DNA of 64,000 bases from Carcharhinus amblyrhynchos (Eukaryota): NCBI GenBank assembly GCA_965287045.1, contig OZ336885.1, positions 61,442,001 through 61,506,000 on the forward strand, read 5' to 3'. Made by a program: the position numbers and the translations under genes. Positions 27,240-41,149 of the stretch are shown here, one piece after another (position 1 is the first letter of the stretch; every line of letters starts with the position of its first letter). The notes below the pieces were generated by a model. That model saw only the letters and a program-made list of their open reading frames with translations, was not told the DNA's origin and made no database searches.

Positions 27240-29060
27240 AAATGTCAGTAGTCATCACAAAATTTAATGTAGGATATGAGAAATGGGACAGTATCAATGT
27301 ACTAGTGGAAGGAATTCCATTCAGATTATAGTCTATGGGCAGTAGTGGGAGGATTAGATGAACGATGCTGCACTTTCCAACTGAATTGTGCGTCGTCAAC
27401 TCGACACGTGACGCATATTTTGTTTTGCAGCCTTCAGGGAAATGGCAATTGGAAATGAGGTGATAAGCGAGTGAAGTTTCGATAAATTTGGAAGAGACCA
27501 AATACAGTGGTCGCCAAAGTCTAATTGCAATCGTGACATCGCACACACTTAAAGAGCGAGAGAAAGAGAAAGAGAAGGCTGAAGTATGCAAAAACGGACA
27601 AGGTTCGAAATGCGCGAAGTGTAAGTAAAACTATAAACAACCTTTGTCTTTGGATATATTTGACAATCATAACAAAAGCCCTAGGTCTAATAAAATTGCA
27701 GCACATATGCATATTCCGGCAGTAATTTCGTGAGAACTGGAAATTTGCAAAATTGAAATGTTGTTTATAGACATCCTAGCAGTAAACATGCCTTAGCACT
27801 TGTTGTACTGAACGATTACTGATAACAACGTGATATTGGACAAAAAGTAAGATAATAATCATGAATGCAGTAATATATTGTTAGATTGGAGACGCAAGGA
27901 ATAATCAGGCGTAGAGCGCAACGATCTGTCAGGGTGTAATCATCTCTTAAAAAATTGCATTAACTGTTTCAACGAACTAATTGGGTGTTCAGATAAGCAC
28001 GGCGCTGCTAATGTACTGAACATGGACTTCAGCAAGGCTTTTGATCAGATTCTGCATGACAAAATTATCAATGTATTAAGAGCCGATGGGAAGCTCAACG
28101 ATTTGCGAAATTGGCTTTGTGGCAGATGCGGTGACTGAAAGTTGTTTATATGACGTAAAACATACCACCATTGGTGCAACACGGCGATGGATGTAGGGTG
28201 TCTCATATTGCTTAAAGAGGACAATGATTATAAAGCTGTTCCTTTGATAGGTGTGATCAGAAAGTTTGTCAATATCATAAAAAAAAGTTGGTTTGCTAAA
28301 AAGCGAGGTGGAAAGCATTAAATCAAAAGAGGATAATGATAGTGACAGTAAAATGGAAAATAAAAGTGAACTCTGAAAACTTTGAGCTAATGCACTTCCG
28401 GAGTAAGTCAAAGGCATGGGAACATACAGCAAACAGTGTAACATTACGGAATACCGGGGTCTAAGGTGCATCTTGGACTACATGTCCAAGTGTCGCCGAA
28501 ATCAGCTGGGAAGTTGGATAATTTGGTTAAGAAATCATTTGGAATGCATGTCTTTATTTTTCGAGGCATAGATTATAAGCGCAAATCGGTTCTAATCCTT
28601 TCCGAAGGCCAAAGTTAGGCGATTGTGTTCCGTTCTGGCTGCTGATTTACAGAAGTAAATAAATTTTGTTGCGATCGGAGTAGCGGACAAGTTGTGTATT
28701 TTCCCCCGTAGGACAGACAAAGCTGAGCTGGGGCCTGACTGAAGTGCAGAAAATAAGGGGAGCCTTAGCAAGCGGATCAACAACCTCTGGAGATGGATAT
28801 GATGTAAGGGGCGATGTTTTTATTAGGAACGAGGGGACTTTTTTTCTCATCCAGATTGTCGTGGTAACGTGAATCTTAACGATTAAAGAGTAATCGGGGG
28901 CAAGAACATTCACAACATTTAAAAAGTGTGAAAAAATACTGATCGCATCTTATGAGGTAAAGGAGCAAGCATTGGAAAATTGATTTTGAGTAGATACTGG
29001 AAGGCCCGATTTAAAGCAAAGCGTCAAAGGGCTTCTTTCTGTTTAGTAAAACTGTATTTA
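27240..29060 (+). mobile_element. Old degraded CR1 LINE
   Basis: catggacttcagcaaggcttttgat (MDFSKAFD) at ~28020; CR1-like 3' end at ~29040. Confidence 0.7.
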
Positions 29061-29069
29061 TCTAACGAA

Positions 29070-29415
29070 ATTTAGTATGACCTCTCCGACTGTCGGCAAA
29101 TTGATAGATGCACAATAGAAAACATTCTTTCTGGTTCTCATACAGCGTTTTATGGCCCCTGTTCCGCCCAAGCCCGCAAAAAGTAGAAAGGGACCTGAAC
29201 AAATCTCAGTCGGAGAACGACTACGATCAGGCTTTTGAATGGGGTTACTTCACATCAAGTTGACCTTTCCCTGCACTCTAACTATGACCATAACATTACA
29301 TTCTGAACTCCCTGATTTCCTTCTTCATGAACGATATGAGTCGCTTGCATAACGCACAAGATAGTTTTTATTTCAGGATATGCTAATACATGCGACAATA
29401 ATAAATCAAATCAAA
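29070..29415 (+). mobile_element. Rex1/Babar-like LINE 3' fragment
   Basis: Similar to 22350-22850 (gatgcacaatagaaaacattctttctgg; aaatcaaatcaa tail). Confidence 0.7.
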
Positions 29416-30339
29416 ACATACATTTCCCATCTTGGCAAAAAGACCGTAGAGTGGGAGTTCTGGACAATTTCTTACATTTGTATTTTAAGAGCCATACAGA
29501 GAACGACTACTTCCAGATCTGGTCATATTCAACGTACAGATCCTCGAATAATACGCATACAAACTATATGCATGGCATCATCCACAACTGCCATTGCTCG
29601 TGAATTAATTGCATTTTTCCTGCGGTTTTAAGGAGAAAGGAGAGTTTCTTCGACCTTTTTCTTCTGAATTTAAATATGTGTTAATATAAGAGAATGATCA
29701 TCGATATTTCTGGGGTGAAATTTGTTAATTAATTTATGCAAAAGTTAATGGAGATGGAGCATCAGATACATATCGCGTTATTACATACCACTGAATAAAT
29801 GCAACAAGGTGAGCAATTATTATTCCCATTGAAGCACATAATTTCCTGCGTCTCAAGATGGCCAAATCCGACACAGAAGGAATGTTGCTGGAAATAAAAA
29901 AAAGCATGTCATCAAAATAAGAAATAATGTTTAAATAAAGCATGACCATTTATAGCGTCATTCTGTAAAACATACAGTTGAATTGAGCACGAATGTTATG
30001 CCCCCCATCCCCCCCCCCTCATTTTAGGGAATGCAAATGCAGGCCAGAGCAATATGCAAAATGATGAACTAATTCCAGGGAGAATCTTGAAACAATTCAC
30101 ATTATGATGGAGAGTGCATTGTGTTATATTTGAGACAGTAGAGCAGACACGGTCCCATGTACTGATTGATTTCATTTTAAATCTTCATTGAACATGAAAC
30201 CGCGTCATTAGATTCATTAGAAGTAAGTGTACATAGCACATGTGATGTCCCAATACCACCATCAGCTTGGAAAAATAAAATAAATTTTGTAAAGGGACAA
30301 GTCAAAACAAAAAACAGGTTTTAAAGTCAATGTACTTGG

Positions 30340-31650
30340 TTTGCTGAGAACAGAAAAAATGACCAATTCTTGCTACGGAGATTATAGCAGGACATTTAGA
30401 ACATGCATGTACAAACATACACAGATAATGGTTTATTTGCCGACGGGAAGACGTGCTTGCCTTGCTTGCTGTATGGAAAAATTTGATGAAATAAAAGGTA
30501 ACACAGCTTACAGTGAACGTCTTGGTATGGTAGATTCCATAACTGCATGAGGTCTTGGAGCCATTGAACAGTCAATCGAAAAGGGTGAATTTCAAAATGT
30601 CAGTTTTAACGTTTTCAAACGGATTAATGCTTGATTCAATCTACCAGAACAAAGAGTCGTCAAAAATGAAATATGTGCAGGTTGACAAGGTATATCCAAC
30701 TGAATCTCTGCAATGGTTAAGGTTAACAGTCAGGAATCCCCAATCAATGTCAGCTATTTGACTTAATGGATGAAATGTTTGGTGGCTGAATTTGCAGAGG
30801 GTTTGAAAATCGGTTTGTTACCTTCTATGAAACGCAAATGTGGAAATGAAAATGACTTTGGCTAGACTAAGTTAATGGTCAAGCCTTTGCCAGATGGAAT
30901 ATAATGTGGGAAAAATATGACCCATTCAGCTGGCGGAATTGAAAAGAAGCAGATTGTTTCGAATACAAACTTTACAAAATTGATGCACGTAGAAATTTGG
31001 ATGTCCTGTTAATTCATTCCAAAAACGTTTAATATTAGGCAGGTAAGTGATACGGTATTCCCTTATCTAATAATGGAACGAAATACAAAATTCAAAAAAG
31101 TATTCAAAGCTGATTAATGACTTTGGTGAGCCAAAATTTCATGTTCTGTAGTCTGGCTTGTATAAATTTAGTTATGCACAGTTCAGAGTTGTTTTGTTTC
31201 ATTGAAGTCTGGTACAATGGTGTGAAAGGTTTTAACGAGCCAGAAGTGCACCTTCGAGATTGCTGAACTGCGACAGATTAGAAATGACTTAGCAACCGGA
31301 GATAACAGCTTTGTGGATGTTGTGAGAACGTCTTCATTCGTTAAATTTACCAAAACCGTGAAATTGTTTGCAAGTTTGGAGATTCCAATTTATATGAAGA
31401 GATAAGAAAGACTTTTCTCACAGAGCTCATTGAATCTGTGGAATTATTTTCCACAAGGGCCAGCAGAGCGAAAGAATATTTTCAGACAAATTTGAATACA
31501 TTTTTGAAAGCAACGATGATATATGTCTATAGGTAAGCTGGCTCAGTGAAGTTGAGGTCTATGTTAAATCAACTACGAACATAGCAAATATTAAAAGGGA
31601 TAGATTTGCCCAATGGTTAATTCGTATCATCAATGTATTTTCGTTGTTAT
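30340..31650 (+). mobile_element. Old degraded CR1 LINE
   Basis: Eroded RT and 3' motifs (cagatggaatataatgtgggaaaa; tttctcacagag..gaatctgtggaat). Confidence 0.6.
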
Positions 31651-32489
31651 ATTGTACTTAAACCTAATCAAACGCATCCAGTTGTTTAATGCTTTCTCAT
31701 CCCTCACGTCTGCACAAGAAAAAACAACTTGCGCTCATCGTCTCAGTTTGGGAATCATGCTTATAAATATTTAGAGTTCCATTGGTGAAGTAATCAGAAT
31801 TAATCTGTTGCATATGCTAAAATATTCCAACTTACAGAAAATAACGTGTCAACTGTTTCTTCCTCATAATTGTTGTTCATTCTTGTTTAGCTAACACTCT
31901 GTTCACTCATAATCGACTTTCTATTTTACTCCAACAGAGGGGACTATAGAGTAACAGAGGGGTCCAGGATTAAAAAACATATACATCGAAGAGCAAGATG
32001 CATTTTCAGGGCTGCTTCTATCAACTTTTCTTGGGAGTCAGCAAGATCTGAAATGAAATCAAATACATATTTACAAATGCTTTCTTTCGTTGTACCATCG
32101 CCTATCGATGGGGAAGCAACCTCTTAGTGGTGTTGTAGTTTGGATATCGAAAGAAAGTTAACAGCACATGTAAGCTGAAAAAAATTCTTGCTCGAATAGT
32201 ACAAAATCGAAAAACAATACATTAAACACATTAGTTATAGTATAGCATGATTTTAACATATACTTTCAAATATTAACTGGCAATTAATGAAACAAATATA
32301 ACAAATACGTATCCTTAACAACTGTGCTAAAAACTCAGACGGCAGCTTGCGTTTGTAGCCGTGCTGGTGGATGGGACTAGTTTCGAGGCCGAGAGTGTGT
32401 CAATTTATATCCAAATGCAAACTGCCAATCTCGACCGGTGAAATATCCCGCTGCTGGAAGCAATTGGCTGGTCCCAACAACAGGATAAT

Positions 32490-32830
32490 TGCGCACAGCA
32501 TGATGGGACAGTGGCCAGTGACACTGCAGCCTCATAGATTCAGACTAGGATTCGATTCCCGGATTCAATCACCTTTGTGTGGAGTTTGCGCGTTCTCCGC
32601 ACATCTGCCTGCGTTTCCTCCAGAGGTTGTGGTATCCTCCCATAGCCCAAAGATGTGTCGGAAAAGTTGATTGGTCACGTTATATTTCCCCTCAGTGCCC
32701 TGGGATGAGCAGGTCCGAAGGATATCTGGAGTTGTGGGGATAGGACCTGTGTTCGTACTGTTGTCGGTACAGACTGGATGGGCCAGGTAGCCTAGTATGC
32801 GCTGTAGGGTTCCTATGATTCTGTGTTTCT
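32490..32830 (+). mobile_element. tRNA-derived SINE
   Basis: B-box-like ggattcgattcccg, tgtgtggagtttgcgcgttctcc body, ttctatg-like tail. Confidence 0.8.
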
Positions 32831-34599
32831 ATTAATTCCTATGGTCACCTTTAGAATAAAATCGATTAATACTCTGGACTGAGATTTGTATAATATCACG
32901 GCAGAACAACTTTGAGCTACTTGCAGAAATCCTTCATATAACAGATATGCAACAATGCATATTTATGGATTTATTTTGTATTTTTAAACAACGACCTCCG
33001 ATACTAAGCTCATATATTGGCGTTTTCGTTTGACGTTGATTCGCATCACGATTATTCTGACCAACATCATGAAATGTATTCAGCTAATGCTTAAAAATGA
33101 AGTGAGCCGGAGCAGTTTAACCAACACTGTATCGACAAGAACAATTGATGTTTTAGGATGTTTCAGCTGTGAAACTCAGTAGCTGACCCACTTGAACCTG
33201 CCCAACATCCATAAGATGCTTAGCAGCATTGTGCCCAGACAATCTCACATTCAACCGCAAGAGACAGAGACGTCAATGTGTTAAAGGAGAAATATACTCC
33301 TGAAGTGGTACATGATGCATCACTCAGTACAGTCACCATATTCACTACCTTCGACCAATGCAACTTGTACTGTTGCACCTCTCCCGTTCTCCTGTGGTAG
33401 ATGCCAGAACTATCACTTCATCTACATAAACAGACAAAAGAAACTATGACATGGAAACACCGTCATCTAGATTTCCCCAACTTGAAAACAAATTTGATAT
33501 TCCTTCACTATGGCTCAGTTAAGCGCATAATCATTCGACCTGACCGTCAGATGTTTCAAACTGCACCACAGGATTGGCTGCGATTCAGGGACGCACCTCA
33601 TCCTCACATTCTCAGCTTACATTAGGAGTGTTTAAAAAGGTAAATTTGTTCACATTTTTAGATGTAATGGAAGGTGAACTAAAACAGCATGCCATGGGTT
33701 TAATGATTCCCAAGCATAACTGTAACCGCAAACATCATTGCCATTTAAACCCATAATTCAGGGGAAGGGAAGTGCAATTTCACTTTGGTGGAACAAGGGC
33801 CAATCAAATGCTGTTTTTTTTTATGCTGAAATATCTCGAAAATTATTTGAATATTAAAAAAACTCATAATGAGAAGAATGATTGGTGTTTCAGTGAATTG
33901 AGAACTAGACAAAATATACGAAACAAACGAAAGGTTAAGCAGGTTTCTAGGTCACAGTAAAAGAACTGCATTCTACAGCCTTCCGTATGGATGCAAGTTC
34001 TAAAATACCGCAGAAAACGTGAAATGCCGCTGTAAAGACGCCGTTTATCAAACTGAAAATGTTGGCGTGTGTGATAAATGAGCGACGAAACGGATGAGAA
34101 TTCATCTCATAGGACCGGGTATCTGAGAAATTTGACAAACTCAGTTGAGACAAGGCACGATCAAAACATCAATGAACGAAATCAATTCGCTATCTCTACT
34201 TAAACATAACCATTCGAAAACACATCATTCGACATTTTCAATCTTACAGACGAAAATAAAATATGCTCTTGTCGAATAACTTCGCATAATTTTGCAACCC
34301 TCCTTTGAAATGCTAAGGTATTGAAGCAGCAGGTATTTGCAACTAATCTACTCATGATCTTTCCATGAAAATTTTCTAAAATATGAACGTTACCAAGACT
34401 GTCAGTACAACCTTGCTGGTGGAATACATTTCTCAATGTGAATTCACAAACAAAATAATGTGCTACCTGCACACATTTTGACTAATAGAGGAGTGGCAAC
34501 AGAGTTTTTTTTGAGGCTGAATTATGTGTAAGCAATGTATTTTCATTTTGATTGTCTCCCAAAAGATAACAGGAATGTTTGTTATTCATAGGGAGCACA

Positions 34600-35230
34600 G
34601 TTTTATTGTGTGAAATATACTTTTCCAAATTGCCGCAGAAACAGCTTCACAGACACGTTGTAGTCTATCGATCCATCCACAACACCGCTGGCAGGTTGAG
34701 AGAGCGACTGAAACAGAGAGCAAACGGAAAGCTGTTTTTTTTTAAAACTGGACTAAGTGACATGGCCTGTTTTCTGTTTTGGAACAAATCCAAAGTTTGT
34801 GGAAGCTGCAAACGGAATATCTGCCTGAACTTAGCTTTTGGATGTAAGAAATGATAAACAGTGTAAAATGGCACGGCACACCCGAATAACTTAAATTTCG
34901 GACTTCATCTGTCGTTTACCATCCACAATGGGCTCCAAGTCTTAGCATGCAATACTACAGTTAGATCCGATGCAGGAGAACAAAAATAGCGACGATCATA
35001 AATCTTGAACAAGTTCAGATTTATAGAAAGGGTGGAAACTGGGAGGGCTTGTCTATGGCTGACATGACTCTCGGCGAATTTGCTGTACAACATCATGGAA
35101 CTTACCGGAACTTTGGAGGACTGGAGACTGTTCCAAATGCTGCAGAATTGATTCTCAGTGCACATATAAAGTGTAATGTGGTGAAATCCTCTATTGTGGG
35201 AAACATTGCCTTAGCATATCACTGAATTTG
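34600..35230 (+). pseudogene. Best-preserved ART-domain module (single frame with in-frame stops)
   Basis: ETESKRKAVFF*NWTK..EMINSVKWHG..LKFRT..IRC..VQIYRKGGNWEGLSMADMTLGEFAVQHHGTYRNFGGLETV..LSAHIK. Matches E..F..W / FNxAVR / VYRG / RLGQFA / FGxxT / GAxIK with near-canonical spacing. Confidence 0.78.
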
Positions 35231-38200
35231 TAAGCAAATGTTATCGATAACCCACTACTATATGACTGTACCATGTCGAATTTCGAGTTGAGAAAGAGAA
35301 ATCCGCAAATATATTGTTAAAAATAAACTGGAGGTTGAAGAATGTGAAATGTACGAGGATGGTATAGTTTGATGCAGCACTAACAGTGGCAAGACAATTG
35401 TTCGCCCATTGCTGTTCGCCATGAAATGGCTCCTTGTGTCTATTCTCATGGACACGAACTCAGCTCATTTCCAAGTGAAGAACAGCATGAGTAAGTGTAA
35501 CGCACGTATGAATAACACAGTACAAAAGAGAACTGTTCAGGTTTGCAGGAGAGAAAACGTCAATTTGAATAACGAAGAGTTTGCTAGCCAAGGAAACTGC
35601 ACTGAAGAACTTAGCAAAAACAAATATACAATTCGCGTTCAATTCATCATGCAAAATATTAAAACGGCTGTTGCCGATCTTTTTTTGAAGACAACATTGA
35701 CAAAACTTTCCCGAAAAGATCTCTTTTTGGACCCCGATTGCTCCGCTTCATTACGGCGGGGTCTTCCACTAGTTCCCCGAACGTTGCGAGCGCCTCTAAA
35801 TCTGGCCGGGTTTAAGTGCTCCTAGCGTGCTGGAAGATTCAATCCGCACCGACAAGTTCCCGATAGTGACAGTGAAAACATATTTAAACTGCATTAGAAC
35901 ACATCAAATCACTCACCTGTCTTTCCGCCGATCTCCAACGTGGTTCTCCGACGACCGCCCCCCCCCCCTACCCCTACCAACACTGGACATGCGCATGCGT
36001 TTCCAACACATGCGCAAATCCGGGTACAAGGCCGATGACGGCGTCTCCCAGCCCGAATCGTCACAAAATTTGGTGATGGTGATGGAAGAATCATCCCCGA
36101 GATTTCTGACCAATGTTGGTTATGAGTTCAAAATGCATATTTGGCCATTGCTTCACAATTCATTGTGCTAATTTTTTACAATACGTGTGTCAATTTACAG
36201 TCGAATGAGATCAAATTAATTATTTTAATTTATGTTTTTCCCCAATTGTATGCGCTCCAAGACAGAGAGATGATCGCAACGTCATGTGCAAATACAATAA
36301 AATATCGCAGACAAAAGCGTTCTAATGTTTCTGTCTGTTTCTTCTGGAGACAATATTGATAGGGAAAGAATCATGGTAATCAAAACGCTGATCTCCGGTT
36401 CCAAGGCCTCTACCTTTGGGGTGGTATCTGCTAATGTACTGGGAGTGACATTGGCGACAATAGTAACTGCCGAAAAAATATGACTATGTGGCATTGTTCT
36501 CCCTACATTTCGAACAGCTCACATTTCTAGCAGAAGTCCTTTCGAAAATTCATTGCATACGAATAGTTAAAAAGCACTGAAGGTGACTCGAGAAACGTTG
36601 CATTTTATTACGCATATGATGTTTTTCGCCCTGCGACATGTTCAGGGTTGCATCGAATCATTCACTGTTACCATTGAGTTATATTTCTTGGTTTGTACCA
36701 TGAAAGTCCTGCTCCATATTTCGTTTGAAGATCAAACTGTACGCCGTTACTGCTGTATTCAAATGTTTTACTCTGTAATTTTGTCTCAGAGGCGAGCGCA
36801 AATATATATATAAAAAATGCTGACATTCCTTCAACAATGTTTCTGACAAGGATATATTTGTCATACATGTTTGAAAAAAAACTTGCGGAATAATGGGTCA
36901 CATTTCAAGAATTTTGAACAAGTAAATCACTGAGCACAAATAGGTACATAGACACACACACACGCACACAGATGCGCGCAGGCGCGCACGCAAACACACA
37001 TCAGAGGCTAATGTGAAACTGAACAATCGTTCTGTTCTTTTTCCATTAATCTGCGAAGTGCCATCTACTCAGAGGACAATTAATTTTCTTTGAGTAATGA
37101 ATTTCACGGGTGCTAAAATTTTAATGTGCCTTGAAAGCTTGTCCTTGCCTATTTCTTTTGATGATTCATCGGAATTTACTTGCTCTGCATTTCGAGAAAC
37201 AGCGAGGGAAAAAAAAAAGACGATTAACTGATTTCTACAGCAATGCCTGATACATATGAACATCTGATCGCGTGCAGCCTTCAGGATCAGCTGAATGTGA
37301 TGTTACTTTCTGTAGGGAAAATGCCATATTCAGCATGGTCACAAAAAAAACATGACTGTGGCAATTAGCCCGACCACAAAGTTTTAGCATCTTAATTGAC
37401 GAACACAGATTTTGAAATCGATTGAAATGTTATTAATGCGTGATCTGTTCTCATCGATGGTTAGACTACATACAGATAAAAAGTTTTGAAAAGTACAACT
37501 TGATATTTGTTATTTGACGTTGAGGGGATTGACTGTGTTAGTAACCTGATGCTAACGATAATCCTGGAGCTAATTGAGTGGAAGATTATTAAAGGCGTGA
37601 TGTGCAAGTTGGAATGTATAACGATATGTGCAATTCAGTCAATGTTTCAAAATATGAAGTGGGAAAACATGTAAAATCAAGACATAAATATCATGTAATT
37701 AAGAGACATAATTAAATTGAACAACGCAAAATGATCAGCTGACTTGGAATGATTCTGTCAATGCTGCCGAGGATCGAAGATGCGATTTTGTTTTAAATAA
37801 TTATATTTGTTTTCATGTTACCCGAAATATTCATACTGGCGGAAGGATCTTTTCATACTGAACACGATTGATACCATATTGTGGAACACGTTTATGTAAA
37901 GAATTTAATCGTAAGTATTTGGACAATTATCGACCATTAGTTGTGTTGCAAAGAACATATGGGTCTCACCCTGATCATCCGTAAATCCAGAGGGCAACAA
38001 CAATAATTTGTCGCAGGAATTCAGCCTCCATAACATACTTGTAAAGTGCCAGCTGCTGAAAATCGAATACATTTTTTTTTCCTGATCAGTAGTCAAAACG
38101 CTCAGTTAAAAAACAACCCCGACCTGTGATAAAAACATATTATTTAAGTTCAACTGAGGGATTACTGGGGGTATTTCAAATTAATTGCTCAAAAATAATG

Positions 38201-41149
38201 TTGAAATAATTGCTGTCATCTTTAATTCTCAACTTTTCCTCTAAACAAAAACATCCTTCCCTTTAAACCGTCATTTGGAAGAACATCCAGATTGCATACA
38301 GCTGCTACTGTGTTGTTTTAGAATATTGTCTTATATTTACGGCGGTGCAACAGGCTGAAACAGCATCAAGATATGCAGATTACAGATCACGTTCTTACTT
38401 TTCAAGAAATTCATTAGTTCATCGAATATCAAAGTTTGAAAGTTGATGTCTTTTACTAGTTGATGTTTCCCTACTCTAAATTCCAATTCTGGTTTCCTAT
38501 ATTTAAATCCCTTCAGCATTCAGCACTGTCATTAACAAATTTCAAAGTTGCCCAAAACATCGTTTCAACAGAACATTGAAAACTTTTTTTTAACACCCAT
38601 AGCAGCTATCAGTGGAGAACATTTGTATGCGATTTTAAATAGTAAAAACGTTACCCTGTTTTTTATTTCTGTAGGGCAACGTGCTCTTCATCAACGCTTC
38701 CCGACCTGTTTTGTCGCATTGGCTTCAATATTTCTGATTAGTTTGTTATGTTCAACTCGACCAAATGGATTTTGTCATTTTATTTAAATGATTATCTTTG
38801 TGGAAACCAGATAATTTTCTACCTTATAAGCGTGATTCGATAAAAAAGAGTTAATTTCGTCCTACCCATACCGCCTTCCAATGGGGAGATATAGTTGTCG
38901 TCATGTCTATCTATAATCATGCGTGAATATTATTTTTGAAAACAACCCCAACGAGGAGGGTGTTCAGATTGTTCTGCAGCTGTTTTGCATCCTTAAAATG
39001 GTGCAACATTTTCAAATCTTCATCACTGGTGCACTGCCTCCTTCTTTGTCTGTTAAAGTTTGCTGTAAGTGTTTTCACTTTTTTAACTCGTGCGGGGAAT
39101 CTTCGAATTGTTAAGAGCATCCAGCCTAACCATATGTCCTTGTCATTCTCAAGTCAGTCAATGAAACTTCTAACTTTCTGTTCTATGTGTGTTGGACAAC
39201 TCTTTTTCTTTGTAGAGGAAAAGCAGAACAAACATTTAAAAACTCAATAATGCCAGATTCCCCGTTTCCCCGCCATACGACTTCCGGATATATCTCAACT
39301 GAGGCCACTCATTTGTTGCAGTCCTACATTCTGCATGCATTATTGACTTCACGTGCAAGTAAAATACATTACCCATCTAATTAAGATTGTCCTTTGTTAC
39401 CTCACTTTTTTTGTGATTTTTTAAAAAATCAGCTTCATGTTCTTAAGGCTATCTAATGGTAGCAATACCCATCGCAGTTCTTCCGCCCCCGAACCATTTA
39501 ATTATTTAACGATTCAATGTTTTTTTTAATGACAGCTAAGCATCACTTGTTGTACCGCCATTATACCATTAACTAAGTTGTTGTCTGGGTCATCTCAGTC
39601 GTCTGTTCTGATTCAATACATAGAGGCCGCGTGGGAAAATATGGCAACTTTCCATAGCTACAGTAAAGCAGTACAACAGGTAGGTGTTCACTGAAATCAA
39701 TGGTTGCTTAATTTTCGCTTGCAAATTTAACTGAATTTCAATAGAAATATTGAAATATAGGTCAAAACTATCCCGCTAACATTAAAATGCCTTTGAGAAA
39801 AAAAAGATTTATTTTCCTAAGAGATGTTACATTATGAAGTGAACAAGTATCATGTCGCATGAATTAATTCATTTGTAATCTGATAGGAATAATTATACCA
39901 CACGCTATCACATTAAAGATATCATACTGCAAAAAAAGTCTGACAATACTTTTGCAGTCGTTAGCAAATAATATGAACGCTTCAGAACAAAATATATCAA
40001 GAAACAAATTTTCCTAAAAGACTCTTTCAATGTAGCGTTGTAGTTTTCTTACGCTGGATACGTAAATTGAAAAAAAAAGGTTTAATTAGTATATTGTCGT
40101 GGAAAATGCTGAAAAATGCTTGAAAAAAACAATAACTATGGACCCCAAATTGTGCAGAAACTCGTTGAATTTCTGCTTACCGCCAAAGTAACTAGCATTG
40201 ATAAAAGCATGATAGTATATGATTTTCCCAGCAGTAAAAAGTAATAGACGTCGAAACTAAATCAGATACACAGAGGAATGAAAGATCAATGCGCTAACTT
40301 CTCTAGTGAAGAATTTGGAGAGATGCAGACAGCGAAATACAGTTTGAAATATTAGGGAAACGAAACGGAGGGAGCAGTTACTGTACACATGACAGGCCGA
40401 GATGCCACTTTCTATCGAACCGCCAGACAAGCCAACATCCAACGAGAGCCACTTTGTTCTAAGATTCAGAGTCAACTCATACGGCAGATATTCTCCTCAA
40501 TAAAACATGGTGTCGTAGCATCAGAAAGCCGACAACGATGACATCCCAGACTGCTCATTCGAACTGCATTTTTTTGGAAAGTGTGCGATGGATTTGGCTT
40601 ATATTATTACAAAGGCACACGTTATTTCGGAAAGGTGTGCCTCATTGTGTTCTGAGAACATCCATGTGAAAAGGAAACGAGGGACAATCTCCGGGAAACG
40701 TTGCTATTTTCGCTGGTATTTTCGTAATTCGTAATTTTCATCGGGCATCACGCACTTTGATTTCACATACATTGTTATTTTCTTTAACTTTAAAAAAAAT
40801 AGTTTTTCTTCACCGTTTACAAAAAGACTGTCTGTGCTATCCATTCTGATGTATGCGTCTCACCAAACTAATCCAGACAAATAAGCATAATAGCAAAAGA
40901 CCATCATTGGTCATTTCGAAATACATATACATTGATCAATATCTCCCTTTTCCTAAATTTGTTTCCAAGAGGGATACATAGTTCCTGGTTAAATTAATCG
41001 TATCGTTAAGGTAAACACTCCCGGGGTGAAATGCATTTGTTTTTTGCATCACTGCTAATCTCCTGCTGACCTGCGTATGAAGGCGACTACAAAAATGCCA
41101 CCCGTGGGGAAACCCTTGGACCCCATGATTTTTAGTCAGTTTAAAACAT

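Larger units (their letters stand above)
26660..35650 (+). pseudogene. Decayed multi-ART gene(s), unit 6 (modules ~26660-27240, 29420-29720, 29760-29950, 31940-32170, 33167-33750, 33894-34530, 34600-35230, 35300-35650)
   Basis: HSVGEFS..SVQGNTIARLS; WEFWTISYICILRAIQ..QTICMASST; IPLNK..NYYSH; CIFRAASINF; NLTFNRKRQRRQC; YLRNLTNSVET..KSIRYLYL..VFAT..QNNVLP; see next feature; FASQGNCTEELS. The middle modules are weakly supported. Confidence 0.65.

Noticed and set aside
34660-35230. Possible endogenous viral or gag-like ORF
   Set aside because: No viral hallmark motifs or LTRs; the ART motif series explains it.
37969-38056. AG..GTGAG-bounded candidate exon in unit 7
   Set aside because: Its phase is inconsistent with the neighbouring candidate exons and the expected frame contains a stop, so it cannot be supported as a distinct feature.
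38917-39120. LLVGVVF similarity to the ABCA transporter ectodomain
   Set aside because: Only one short motif; the surrounding sequence matches several ART motifs in order, and no other ABCA exons are present.
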